DNA of 64,000 nucleotides, from the NCBI RefSeq assembly GCF_009914755.1, contig NC_060934.1. One strand, 5' to 3'. The position numbers were made by a program, and so were the translations under genes. The notes under the pieces were generated by a model. The model made no database searches. It saw only the letters and a list, made by a program, of their open reading frames with translations, and was not told the origin of the DNA. This document shows positions 1 through 14,924 of the stretch, piece by piece (positions within the stretch are counted from its first letter, which is position 1; every line of letters begins with the position of its first letter). The stretch is from the human T2T-CHM13v2.0 reference genome, Homo sapiens.

Positions 1-249
1 CACCAAATAAACCTCGAGGAAACATTTGTTCACTCTCCCTGCCCTCAGATGTTCTGTACTATCATGACCGAATATGTGGCTGTTTTCACTTTGCTGGGTT
101 ATTCAGCCAAACTGAATACAGCCTCATTCCCATTCAGCTCCTCAAAATGCCTCCTTGGTGGCCATGTTCTCCCCTACTTTTATGCTTCCAGTCATTCATG
201 GTAACTGAGTGCACTTAGGAATAAAGCACAGTTCAAGAGGCAGGAAGAA

Positions 250-490
250 ACAGCAGGTAAGCGTGTGGACTGTGCGGTTGCACAGCCTGGGTTCAAATCC
301 TAGCATCGCCACATGTTGGCTGTTAACTAAATAAGTTTCCAGCAAGTTGGTAAACCTGCCTATGGCCCAATTTCCCCACTGTAAAGTGGGATTATAGGGT
401 TACAGTATTTTAACACTATCAAAATGACATATGCAAAGCATTAGGGCCATACTTAGCACACAGCTATTGCTCAGTCAATGCTAACGATTA
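250..490 (+). mobile_element. MIR SINE relic
   Basis: CCTGGGTTCAAATCCTAGC and CCCCACTGTAAAGTGGGAT, MIR core-like. Confidence 0.6.
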
Positions 491-1010
491 TTCTGAGATC
501 TGGTGTGTGCATCGAGATCAGTGAGGAGCTTATAATTGATTTGAAATCTTCTGGGTCAATGCCAGTTCTATGCACCATGCATAAGGAAAGTAATGAATCA
601 GATTTTCTCTTTTGAGAATTCCAAATGCTATTGTTCACTTAACTTTAATTATGGTTCAGAAAAAGACAAATATCAGAAGCTATATCAGTAGTCTGCATCA
701 TTGCTGCATAGGAAGACTTTAAGGGTAGTTTACAGTTCTCTTTTCTGCGTCAGGGGGGCCCTGAATGTGATGTTCCCAGGGAGGTTATGGGGTGTGGTTA
801 GAATAGAGAAAATCTTGACTCCAGCTCCCTCCCAAATTCTCATCCTGGATCCCCAAGCATCTCAAAACCTGACCAGTTGGCCCCATCACCTGATGTTTTT
901 CACTCTTAACACCCCCTGCTCACTTAGCACTTGTCCATACACTTGCCTTTCCCTTGGATTCTACATTTGGTTAGTCACAGACGGTACCACATGACCCAGA
1001 TGCCACAGAC

Positions 1011-1317
1011 CAGCGGTCCCCAACCTTTCTGTCACCAAGGACCGGTTCCATGGGAGACAATTTTTCTATGGACAGGGTTGTGGGGTAGAGGGAGGATGGC
1101 TAGATTCCCATGAGGAGCACACAACCTAGACCCCTCTCACGTGCAGTTCACAATAGGGTTCGCACTCTTAGGAGAATCTAATGCTGCCACGGATCTGACA
1201 GGAGGCAGAGCTCAGGTGGTAATGCTCACTTGCCCGCCGCTCACCTCCTGCTGTGCGGCCTTGTTCCTAAAAGGCCATGAACTGGTACCAGTCTGGCCTG
1301 GGGGCTGGGGACTCCTG
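1011..1317 (+). mobile_element. MER1B-like hAT-Charlie non-autonomous DNA transposon
   Basis: Ends CAGCGGTCCCCAACC / GGCTGGGGACTCCTG; 8-bp TSD ccacagac/ccatagac. Confidence 0.85.
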
Positions 1318-1423
1318 CCATAGACCAACAGAAGTGAGGCCCCTCCCTCCCAAGGAAACTTTATCCTGGTTAACCAAGGCCCTGCTGCAGAGCCCCAATC
1401 AGGTCACAGATGTACAATGTTAC

Positions 1424-1529
1424 CTTTCTCATCCACCGCTCGATTTATGTCATAAGACCATGCATCATCTTCCCATTCCCAACCTGGAGGACAAGTCAAC
1501 TCGCTGGGTGATGCTGCTTTATCGCCGTT
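1424..1529 (-). CDS. MYOF: Exon 28 (106 nt) NGDKAASPSELTCPPGWEWEDDAW...VDEK(G)
   Basis: TAAG|AAC ... AAG|GTAACA; ORF 1404..1598. Confidence 0.96.
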
Positions 1530-1752
1530 CTTACAAAACAAAAATAAAAACAAAGAAGAGAGGTAAGCCATAGTGTCAGTAAGAGGCAAAGGGTCCAATA
1601 TAGTTCCTCATTTAACTATGGCATTCACACCTTTACTTAGATACCATCTTAGAGATCCATTTCACTCAGAAAAATCTCTAATCTTTATTTATTCACAACT
1701 GCTAAATAAAAATTAGTTTAAACTACCTTTTGTTTTTACTATTAGGGAATAG

Positions 1753-1835
1753 TACTAGGTTCAATCATGTGAAATTGCTGTTGTTATAGGTCAAAGTGGT
1801 TGAATCTCAGCAATTTCTTATGGTTCAACTTAATA
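1753..1835. mobile_element. MADE2-like mariner-derived MITE
   Basis: ~83-nt imperfect palindrome TACTAGGTTCAATCATGTGAAATTGC...GCAATTTCTTATGGTTCAACTTAATA with TA ends. Confidence 0.75.
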
Positions 1836-1863
1836 TTATGAAATGGTGCAACTCTCTTTATGA

Positions 1864-2514
<651 letters not shown>

Positions 2515-2639
2515 CAGACACATGTTTTTGAGTATGGGGAAATGCTACTGGAGGTTCATAATGTTAATTATATACAATTAGCAAAATTTATCTAAAATAT
2601 TGACTTAAGTTTGCATAAAAATGAAGAGAGTTATGAAAA

Positions 2640-3330
2640 GAAAGTTCCTAAGTAAAGGAAATAAAGGCGGCCCATAAACATGAAAAAATACTCAGCTTTA
2701 CTTTAAATTAAGAGAGTGAAAATTGAAATAACAGGATACCACTTATTCATGTGGCAAAGATTATAAAGCGGGATGATGAATATTTAGGCAAATGGGCTTC
2801 TTGTAATTTTGTTGAAAATATGAATTTATAAAACCTTTTTGAAGGTTATAAAATTTTATCAAAATTTTATATGCATTTAAACCTAGACCAACCAAATGCA
2901 AGGATCTTCCCTACAGATAAACGTTCATAAACATACAAAAATGTATGTTTAAGGATGTTCACTGTTACATTGCTTATAAAAACCAACGACTCAAAACCAA
3001 AAGCACCTAAATGCCCAGAAAGAGGGGATTAAATGAATTATAGTAGGTACATATAATAAAACATTCTGCAACCATTTTTTAAAAGCTCATAGATCTATAT
3101 GCATTGACATAAAAAATGTCCAAGATATATTGTTAAGTGAAAAATACAAGCTATGAAACTGTGTGTGCAACACAATTCTATTTAGGCAGGGAAAAAGGAA
3201 GTTATATCCTTGTTTATGAACAGAAAACAGACATCAATGGTTATCTTTGGGGAGTGGAATATGGATTGGGGAGAATAATTACTTTTGATTTCCTTTAATG
3301 CTGCTTGGATTTTTTAAAGACAGAAACATT
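2640..3330 (+). mobile_element. Old L1M 3' fragment
   Basis: A-rich, with L1ME-like motifs (AAGGATGTTCACTG, CAAGATATATTGTTAAGTGAAAAA). Confidence 0.6.
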
Positions 3331-3348
3331 TCATTTGTTATACTATTA

Positions 3349-3645
<297 letters not shown>

Positions 3646-3932
3646 CAAACAACAACAGAACCCTAATTAGATAATAATAAAAATTTACCTAAAAAATTTG
3701 CACAATCCAAACTATACCATGTTCCAACATCGAGTTAAATAGGCCTCATTTCTATTCTAAAGAAAATACTTATTGTGGCACTTGTGTGGCTTAAGCTATA
3801 AGTGGAAGACTCTTCAGAACATAAGATGGAGCGGAGGAGAGGTTAAAGCCCAAGCCAGGTGGCTGCTGGGTTCCCCGCAGATCACGATCAGAGGTGACAG
3901 GTGAGAGTTTCTCTCCGGAGCAGGCCACTCAC

Positions 3933-4047
3933 CGCATCCGTGTAGGTGTCCTCGGCCGGCTTCCAGTCGCCCCCGGGGTAGCGGCTCTCGTTCTGATAGA
4001 CTTCATCAGTGAACTCCGTGTGACCTGCATCTGCCTCAGTCAGCAAG
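3933..4047 (-). CDS. MYOF: Exon 27 (115 nt) (S)LLTEADAGHTEFTDEVYQNESRYPGGDW...TDA, inner DysF
   Basis: CAG|CTT ... GCG|GTGAGT. Confidence 0.96.
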
Positions 4048-5636
4048 CTGTGGGGCGGGGAGGGCTCAAGTTACCCAAGGAGACCGGGTAACCGGCAGCC
4101 TCGGCGATTGCCAACACTCAGGAAGCATCTACACCCTGGGAGTGGCACCACTTCCCTCCTCGCTTTACCCCTGTTGGTTCTGACTCCAAATTCCTCTTTG
4201 TACTAATCGCTTTTGACATTCCTTTGAAGAAAGAGCCTGCTGGAACAATGTGACCTAAATCATAAAGAACTCCTCAAATTAACAAGGTTGCTCCTTCTCA
4301 GTAATGAGGATGGGGTCTGGGAAAACAGTATTGTGGGCAGCTTCTTACAGAGACCACAGACAACGCCTTCCATGTTTCTGTTTCAGTTCCGGGCTGCTCA
4401 GCTTTATCTCAATGAAACTCTTGGCTAACAGTTCAAAAGAAAAGGGAGCTGTCCCCACTATTTTTTAAAACAGAGTGTAGACGGTCTCATGAAGCCACAT
4501 GTGGCTTGCTTGGTCTACATAACACAAACTGAAGGGAGGAGTTTAAGTTTTCTGGAGAGTTCCTAGGTAGACAGCCAAACCAGGTCATTTCAGACTCCAA
4601 ACTCCATTTGGGCATTTGGGAAATCCATACTGACTCTCTGCCATGTTAATTTTCCTCTTGGATTTGGAATTCTTTGGACAACCCGCAGAGGAAAGTTACA
4701 GAGGCTCCAACTTTGACTCAAGTCTTCTGCCAGGTACCTACTCAAATGAGGGTTTTTTTTCCCTTTATTGTTTCTGCATCTTTTCTCTGCTGTATTCTCC
4801 CCTAGAATCCAGCACAGGAAAGGAATCAAAAAAACAAACAGTCCCAATCACTTATATGAATTGGGCATCACGTCTCTGGGCCTCAAAGAAGGAGAATAAA
4901 AGCCCTGGCTGCTGCCTGTAGGATTCCATCCAGCCCTGACATGCTTTGACCTTCTGCTTTTTCTATCACAATTTCCCTACCCTTTCCCTGTCCTCACTAA
5001 CCTTCCTTCCTTCCAGCCAATTCAAACCCCATTTTCCTTTCCCTCACCAATTTCCCCCAACTCCACCCAGAGCAAGCTGCCTGAATTGAAAGCAATCACA
5101 TGCAAGCAAGCACGTTTGGGTCTTAAGAGAGCAGTATTTTCTCTTCCCTCCTCCCTCCCTAATGCCTATGCAATTACAGGAAATGAACAACAGAGAGACC
5201 AAACTCTAGTTGGAGGCCTTAAAATTCAACTTCACAAGGTTTTTCCCTCCCAACTCAAGGCTGCTGTCATAAGATGGCAAGAAGAGGGAATGCTGGTTCT
5301 AATGTTACTGGCAACATTTAGCAAACAGGCTACAGTGTCCCCCAGACTCCAGGGGAACCATCTTTACCACCTTCTACTGTTTATTTTTTTCTTTCTTTTT
5401 AATAACAGCTTTTGAGATATAGTTCACATATATGAAATTCATCCACTTACAGTATACCTCCTACCATTTCTTGCAGACATTCTAGCATAATAGTTGAGTA
5501 CTGGTTTGGGTGCCCACGCTAGACTTGGATTCTAGCCCCTACTATACCATTGACAAGCAATGTGCCTTTGGACAAGTTATTTAATCTTTCTAGATCTCAG
5601 TTTCCTCATTTGCAAAGTGGAGATAATACTACTACT

Positions 5637-6065
5637 TGTTGGGAGATAATTCTCTGCGAGTCTCTTGTGTTTCTGCGCATCTTGTGAGCTCAGGCACTGA
5701 CTACCTTTGTTATGGGCTATCTTCTCAAAGATGTTTATATGGGGAACACTAAGATAGTCTCTCTCTGCACAGCAAAGGGCCAGCCTGCTTACTGCCCATT
5801 ATAAAAACTTCAAGTCCCCTAAGCCTAGAGTTCTCTCATATAACTCAATCCACTGTGTGTACAAGTGTCATCTGGCCCTCTTCATGTTACTCTGTGGGAA
5901 TTCGGGCATGAAAAAGTCGAGCAAATATCAATACTCTGGCATTGCTATTGCTGTGGGCAATAAAGTTCTTTTATTCTAACCCAGGAGTCATGTGTCGGCA
6001 TCTGTGAAACTGACGGGGGACCTTGTTCGCTTGCAAGTAGGGTCAAATCTCAGATCCTTCTTGCC
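5637..6065 (+). mobile_element. ERVL solo LTR (LTR40-like) inserted in a MIR
   Basis: Starts TGTTGGGAGATAATTCTC; has TATA-like and AATAAA motifs; MIR-like sequence on both sides. Confidence 0.6.
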
Positions 6066-6363
6066 ACTGCCTCCCTTGTAGGGCTGTAGTAAAGATTAAG
6101 TAAGATGACGCCAGTGCCCAGCACACTGCCTGACACAGTCAAGCATAATAATTTCTCAAAATGTTAGTTACCAGGTGCTTTTTATATTAGCCTGTCTTAT
6201 GGTGGAACATCTTTCAACTTTCTACAAATTTCAATGGACTTAGTTCTGCTCAGTGGGTGTTACATAACTATTATCAAGATGATGACGGAGATATAATATA
6301 TTTAGCAATTTCTAGAGAAAGATTTCATTGCTATCCTTTTTACTCAGAAAATGGACAACTTAC

Positions 6364-6527
6364 CTTCTTTCAGGATCAACTATCCACTCTCCTTCCCATT
6401 CCCAGCCTTTTGGAGGCAGAAAAAATTCCCTCTTGAGTTTTATTTTTCCTGTGACATCAGAAAACTTATGACGTCCTACTAATCCAGAAGTACCCCATTT
6501 TCCAAACATGAGAGCTTGATTTTCATA
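6364..6527 (-). CDS. MYOF: Exon 26 (164 nt) YENQALMFGKWG...PPKGWEWEGEWIVDPER(S), outer DysF-N
   Basis: TAG|TAT ... AAG|GTAAGT; manual translation. Confidence 0.97.
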
Positions 6528-9500
6528 CTATTAAAAAAGAGATAAAATTGGAGAAACACCATCAGAGAGCAAAAAATAAAGCTAGCACATACATTTTCAA
6601 GTTCATCGAGGACTTAGGCTAGACAACTACAGAAAGCAGAAAAAAGCTTTATGCTCAGAAGGTATGGACCTAACTTGAGCTATTACTGATTATGCAACTT
6701 CGGATAAATCATTCAACTTTCTAGGACTCAGTGTTCTCATCTGAAATCTGAGGATAATGCTACCTCTCCTATAGAGTCATTCTGGAGTTTAAATGTGCAA
6801 ATGATTGCGAACGTGCTTTGTAAATAGCGATATAGCATCCTAGTTGCTTCTATTATAATTTTGAATGGCTCAAGATAGTTCGCGAACCTTATCTTTTAAA
6901 TACCTATGAAAGTCCTCAGCTTATGAATGAGCAGATTTTATAAAATTTATTTGTAAGTCTACTGCTGAGAACTTGGGGCACATTTCCCTGTAGAAACAAT
7001 ATACAATTAATGTTGCCATTTCCCAGGCAGTCCACCAAAAAACCCATCTGAAACATGAAGGTCCTTTAATACCCAGCCCTTATTAGACCTAAAAGTTATG
7101 AGCCTTAATTCCATCTGGAATGTGGCAAGGAGACCAAGGCCTCTCTGGGAAGCAGGCTGAATGGCAATGGCAGACTCTGGCTTTTAGGGCATTCCTTTCC
7201 AAGTTAGAATCTATAAATCTATGACGGTCTGCTCTTCATCATGGCAACCATGGAAAGGGTAGAGATTTGCCAGTGTGGTGGGTGTCCATGTTTGGATCCA
7301 AACTAGAATTTCCAATTGTCTGCTGATGAATCCACTGAGAAGATGATTTGCATAAGCCATAGGAAAGCTTTTGGCTGAAGGAGAAAGGAGGAGATTTGAG
7401 TGGGGGCCTGATTAGGAAATTGGAATCAAGAGGACACAATGGTGCTTATCTCAGATACTGGCTGTCAGCCTGGAGGGGAGATGAGCTTCAGGCAGAAACT
7501 AAAGGAACTGTTATCCTAAGGGACCTTAAGGCTTGGGGTCACATGACATGGACACAGAATGGAGAGCAAGACATTCCTCCTGTTCTGCTTGGAAGCCAGC
7601 ATAGCCTTAGTAAAATCCAGGCAAAGACTTGGCATGGACAAGAGGGTATCAGCAGCAGTGGAGATGGGAGCCTCAAGTGGCTTTGAGGGCTGTGGCTTTA
7701 GTCAGCAGGACTGGGGCAGGACAGTAAGAAAAAAGTATTCATGAGCAAGCACATGTGAAGCACCTCATAGACTCCCAGAAATCTCGGGGGTGGGGGGGAA
7801 TTTTGTAGAAAATTACGTGCTAGTATTATTAGCACATGAAGGCAAGAGCCAGTAAAATTTCCATTATTATTAATGTGCCTCTGCTGGTACTCAACAGGTG
7901 AGTCACACAGAACAACAGAAATGAGTGGATCATCTCTCTACATAAGTTGAAGCTCAGGCTTCACTCTATGCAGGGAAGGATCCAAAAATGGGAAAGAGTG
8001 GAAGGAAGCCCTGGGCTGGTCGATCATTGCTCAGGGCTGCTTTCTCCAGTTTAGACCCAGCCACAGAGCTGGAGGGCAGGTAGATGCCAAGAAATCCTAC
8101 AGGAAGGCAGGAATGAGCCTCTCCTTACCTATGCCATGAAGCCCCTACTCCACACAATCCAGCTGGCTGGACATCAACATCCTCCATTCAGGGCCTCCCT
8201 AGTGGCCTCCAGCACACCCTCTATCTTCACTAGCACCTCTAAGCCTGAGCTGCAAGGGCTTGTATGTTTCCCACACATTCTACTGTTTCTTAAAGTGGTC
8301 CCCACTCTCGCCCCATGTTGGAATCACCACTGCTGCTAATCCCTAACCCAAGCTACACAATCAGAATCCCCAGGGTGCCCCTGGGAGTCTGCATGCTTAA
8401 CAAGAGACCTAGTTTTGCAATCATTGCAATAGATTGTGAGATCCTTGAGGACCAGGCTTGGCTTCTTCATCATCTTCAGCAGCTGGTTACCTGGCTCAGT
8501 GCCTAGCATGAAGCCACCACTCCCTAAAAGCTCCGATGGACAGATGGAGGGATGGAGGAATGAATGGTTGGGTGGACAGTAGGACAGATAAATTGTCATC
8601 ATTTATTTATTCATTCAATAAACAGGTATTGGGACCTGTTATGTGCCAGGAACTGCTGAATGAATAAAAAGTAAAAATAAAAGAGGGTCAAGGGTTGTCT
8701 TGCCTAGCAAGCAGATCAGAGCCACAATCCTGAACCAGTTGTCAGGTATAGCAGTGAGTAGCAGGAATAGATTTCTAGACTAGCTAAAATGATGACAGTC
8801 TTCACCTCATTTCTTGGAGCATGAAGGCCTATCTGTAGAGTGGTGTTCATCTGAAAGTTATCAGAAGAGACCCACCGAATACATCTGGTAAATTTAAGTC
8901 AATAAGCACTTGAGTTAAAAATAGCATAAAAAATCAAAACAATTCTACTTTTAGCTGTAAACATTTGTGAACATTATTTTCATTGGTTTAATTGTAATGA
9001 GACTTTTCATTAACTACATGGATTTTAAGCTCAGTGAAGGTTTTACAAATTATCTCTATTGTTTTAGAAGTATTCAGACAGCTTTTTTTTTTTTTTTTTT
9101 TTTTGCCCCTGGACAAGCCTATCTGAGGCTTCCCTTAAGTGTGAAATGGGTCTTCAGGGGTTTTAAGACACTCTACCCCAAGTAAGCTTATCAAGATCTG
9201 AACATCTCAAGTGTCCCCTCTCCTGGGTTGGTGTGTGTGTGTGTGTGTATACTCTACTTAGTGTCCCAGCATCAGGAACCAATAAGATTATTACAGAGTT
9301 CTAGTTTTGAGAGCTAGAAAGACACCCATTTTCAGTATTGCTAGTAAGATTGTGGTAGAAGTGGAAGGCATCTAAGTCATCTCTTGGAATTATCACACAA
9401 AAGTGTTAATCACCATGGTGTGTTCCAATGTTGACTATAAAATCTCAGGAGCATCTTCTCTTATCCCTTAGGTTAAGATCCCTTCGATGGGATTTTAGGG

Positions 9501-9616
9501 GATGGTAAGGAGGGCTGTGGTTGTTTTTGGTATGTAAATGTTTTCCATAAAGGTGAAAAGTAAAAGTGCCCCTCCCCCGACCAAAGAAGAAAAGATAGTG
9601 AAATCATTAAAGGTAC

Positions 9617-9748
9617 CATTTCAGCAAAGACGGTGAAAGTTCCTTCTGCGAAGCTGTTAAACTTCTTCTCCACAGCACTTAAGCCTAGCCAGATGTTCAC
9701 TCGCAACTCCACAGGCACCTTTGGCCCGTTGTTTTTCTCCTGTGGATA
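9617..9748 (-). CDS. MYOF: Exon 25 (132 nt) YPQEKNNGPKVPVELRV...TVFAEM
   Basis: CAG|TAT ... ATG|GTACCT; ORF 9473..9769. Confidence 0.96.
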
Positions 9749-9927
9749 CTGTGAGATGAACAATAGCATGTGATGTTACATTAGGCACAGCAAAGACTGT
9801 GACATTAAGTTAAAGCCAAAAACAGAGGGAACATCTAATCATTGCTTTCACCAGTCTAATTTTATGTTTGCTTCAGTTAAAACATTTCCAGATGACCCTA
9901 CAGCAAAGATTAAAATCACAATTAAAG

Positions 9928-11760
<1,833 letters not shown>

Positions 11761-12898
11761 CCCTAAACTGTGTAATGAGTATTAACAAAATCAATAAATA
11801 TACAAAACATTCTCTTAAAAGCATTTTGCTGTTTATCCACTAACTTCTAAAACCTAACACAGAGAAGGTGCCTTTGTCTCCTCTCCCACCCCCTGTGAAG
11901 CTTTATTTATTAATCAGTTTGCTTCCACCCACTGCTGAGGTCAATTATAATTGTGGTTCTATCTTAAGTAAAATTTATTCTACCAAGAGACACTTGAAAG
12001 AAGATAATCACTCTGATTCTATTTACACCCTCCTGATTAAAGAGCAATGAGTAAATTTATTAAAAGTTAGCAGAATCTCCTTGTTTGAAGAGAACACTCT
12101 CTCCAACTCTGCTTTTTCTCTTCTTAATTGTTATTTCTCTGTCCCAAATGCAAAGAACTCCAGTTGGGGTTGGCCAGAGAGATGACGTCAAAACATATAG
12201 ATGGGAACTATTCTGATTTCTTTGTTTCGGCCCTAGGCTCACCTTTGATTCCCCATATACACACACAGAGTTCTTAATACGGGGCCCTGGAACAGGCTTA
12301 TGGGTTGTATGAAGCTCCTAAATTCTATGCAAAATATTAGCTGAACATGCAGTGTGCATTTCCCTGGAGGAGAAGGCCTGTGGCTCTCGTCAGGCACTTA
12401 AGAGAGTCTATGACTCTAAAAGTATTCAGAATCTCTTCCCTAAAGTTACGATTGTCAAAAATGTTCAATTTGATTGGTTCATCAAATTGAAATTGATTCA
12501 ATCTATTGCTCATTAGGTTAGAGCAACAGATTCCATGAACCATCCCTACTGCTTTCTCTTTCTTTCCCCAACATTCACTAGAATGAAAGGAAGAAAGGCA
12601 TTGCCTTGTGTGAAATATTAGAAGTGAAATATTCATGCCAGAAAGCAAAGCATTCACAATGCCATGTTTATATTAATGTCACAAAGACATCTAAGGAGGT
12701 GTCCTTGATTGAAAGCTGGCCAACCTCAGATCACTCTCTCTCAGAATTATTGCCCCAGAGAGAGGGACCAGGATGGGCTAGAATTGATCCCAATCACCCT
12801 TACCATTCAATGATTTGCAAATGATATAAAGCAGACCCTTCTCAGGAATACAGCTTTTGCATTTAGTGTGTTTCACATGACACAGTGAAGATATGTAC

Positions 12899-13054
12899 CT
12901 TCAGAAAGATGGTTTGGGTTTTCCCACAGTATTTTCCAGATGCATTCTCACCACTGGTGGAGTACAAGACCTGATGTGCGGGAATTCGTGCATAGGCCAG
13001 TCTCTTCTCTCCCCGGATCATCCAGATGATGATGTCAGGCATGCTGTTCTGTGG
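12899..13054 (-). CDS. MYOF: Exon 24 (156 nt) [18 protein letters not shown]...QTIFLK, FerB
   Basis: CAG|CCA ... AAG|GTACAT; ORF 12863..13093. Confidence 0.97.
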
Positions 13055-13837
13055 CTGGTCATGAGGATTGGATGGAAGAGGAAGCACAGCCATGGTTAGT
13101 CTAAATGGAGAGGGACCGAAGACCCTGCAGGCTGGACCCTCAGGGATTCATTTAGCAAAGAAACGCTGTGGTTAGGGCTCTGTCTCAAATTCCTGAGCTC
13201 CCATCTTCTAGGACCGCACTGTGAGTTTGCAGGGCTGGGAGGCAGACTGTGGCTGGCCAAAGGGAAGGGCGAGAAGCAGAGGCGCAGCTTCACCTAGCAA
13301 AAGTCCCTCCTACTCTTCTCTGGGAGGTATCTTAGAAAATATTCCATCTTATCTCAAGCATCATTTGAAGAAAGCCACCAGCAGCAGTCAAAAGGTTACA
13401 GATTGCATATATTTTACAGGATAAAGAGTCTCTGGCTCACCATCCAATATTTGTCAAATCTGAAATATTAATTTTGTTTTCAAAAACCTCTTTTTTTATT
13501 ATAAAGAAGATAATCCAGCTTCCAGAGCTGGATATGCAAATGTCCCTATTGGCACACAGTGGTATAAAAAAACTGCCTAAGTCCACTATAGAACACTGTG
13601 AAAGTACCAAAGCATACAAAGTAGAAAATGAAATTACCTATAATCCTGTGTGCTTTTTCAAGCGTATTTCTACCCACAAATATATGACTACCTACCCAAC
13701 CCTCTGATTTCTGAGAGACAGGAGGAGTCGTCTCCTTACTTCCTCATTCTTCTAGTCCACCGAAGTTAGTGGAGGCCAGCATTTATCCAGCACTTACTGT
13801 ATGCCCTCAACTGTGCTAAGCCCTTTACACCTACCAT

Positions 13838-14243
13838 TTTTTTTTATACTTTAAGTTCTAGGGTACATGTGCACAATGTGCAGGTTTGTTACATAGGTAT
13901 ACATGTGCCATGTTGGTTTGCTGCACCCATCAACTCATCATTTACGTTAGGTATTTCTCTTAATGCTATCCCTCCCCCAGCCCCCTATCCCGCTGACAGG
14001 CCCCGGTGTGTGATGTTCCCCACCCTGTGTCCAAATGTTCTCATTGTTCAGTTCCCACCTATGAGTGAGAACATGCGGTGTTTGGTTTTCTGTCCTTGTG
14101 ATAGTTTGCTGAGAATGATGGTTTCCACCTTCATCCATGTCCCTGCAAAGGACATGTACTCATCCTTTTTTATGGCTGCATAGTAGTCCATGGTGTATAT
14201 GTGCCACATTTTCTTAATCCAGTCTATCATTCATGGACATTTG
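13838..14243 (-). mobile_element. 5'-truncated L1PA 3' end inserted into a MIR
   Basis: TTATACTTTAAGTTCTAGGGTACATGTGCAC L1 3' end; ORF2 C-terminus-like IDWIKKMWHIYTM; TSD tacacc(t/c)accat. Confidence 0.92.
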
Positions 14244-14731
14244 TACACCCACCATCTTTTTAAAATCTTCACACAACAAAGCTAACTAGTAAGTGCTATG
14301 TTTATCTCCATTTTACAGATGGGGAAACTGAGGCTCAGAGAGGTTGAATAACTTGCCCAATGTTATACATGGTAGAACCAAGGTTCAAATTCAGGTCTTC
14401 CCAACCCCAGCCAAAGCTGACATTTTAATCCTGTGAACTGCAAAGACCATTCAAAATATTCTCCGACAGTACCATGAAAATGATAATGATTTGTCCACTT
14501 TTGAAGACATTTCCAAGATCACCAACTCAAAATTCTTCCCCTGCTCTGATTTCAATCACATTCATCATTAGCATCCTCAGCCCAGTTACTCCCTGATTTT
14601 TACAATCTGTCAGAGCTGCTCAATATCCAAGATAATGTAGTAGATTCTCTTTCCACCATCCTATTCTTGGTGCCATTTCGCAGAGCCCTTCTTCCATATC
14701 AGGTGACGTTTGTGTAGTTTAAAAGTCCTAC

Positions 14732-14924
14732 CTCTTCAGTCAGCTGCATTAATTTATCAAGCCAGTCCTCAATTTCTGCCAGTGTGGACTTCACATCTGT
14801 GGCTTCCGACCTCATCCTCACAGCCGCCTCATGTATTTGGGAGAGAGACCTGGACCGCAGCTTTCGGATCTGAGTATCGAGAACTGTGACGTTGGCTTTT
14901 CCTTCTGTGAGAGGCAACGTGTAT
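14732..14924 (-). CDS. MYOF: Exon 23 (193 nt) (R)YTLPLTEGKANV...LMQLTEE
   Basis: TAG|ATAC ... GAG|GTAGGA; ORF 14699..15001. Confidence 0.97.

Noticed and set aside
13869-14230. ORFs resembling a retroelement protein
   Set aside because: They come from a ~400-bp truncated L1 3' end that cannot be autonomous
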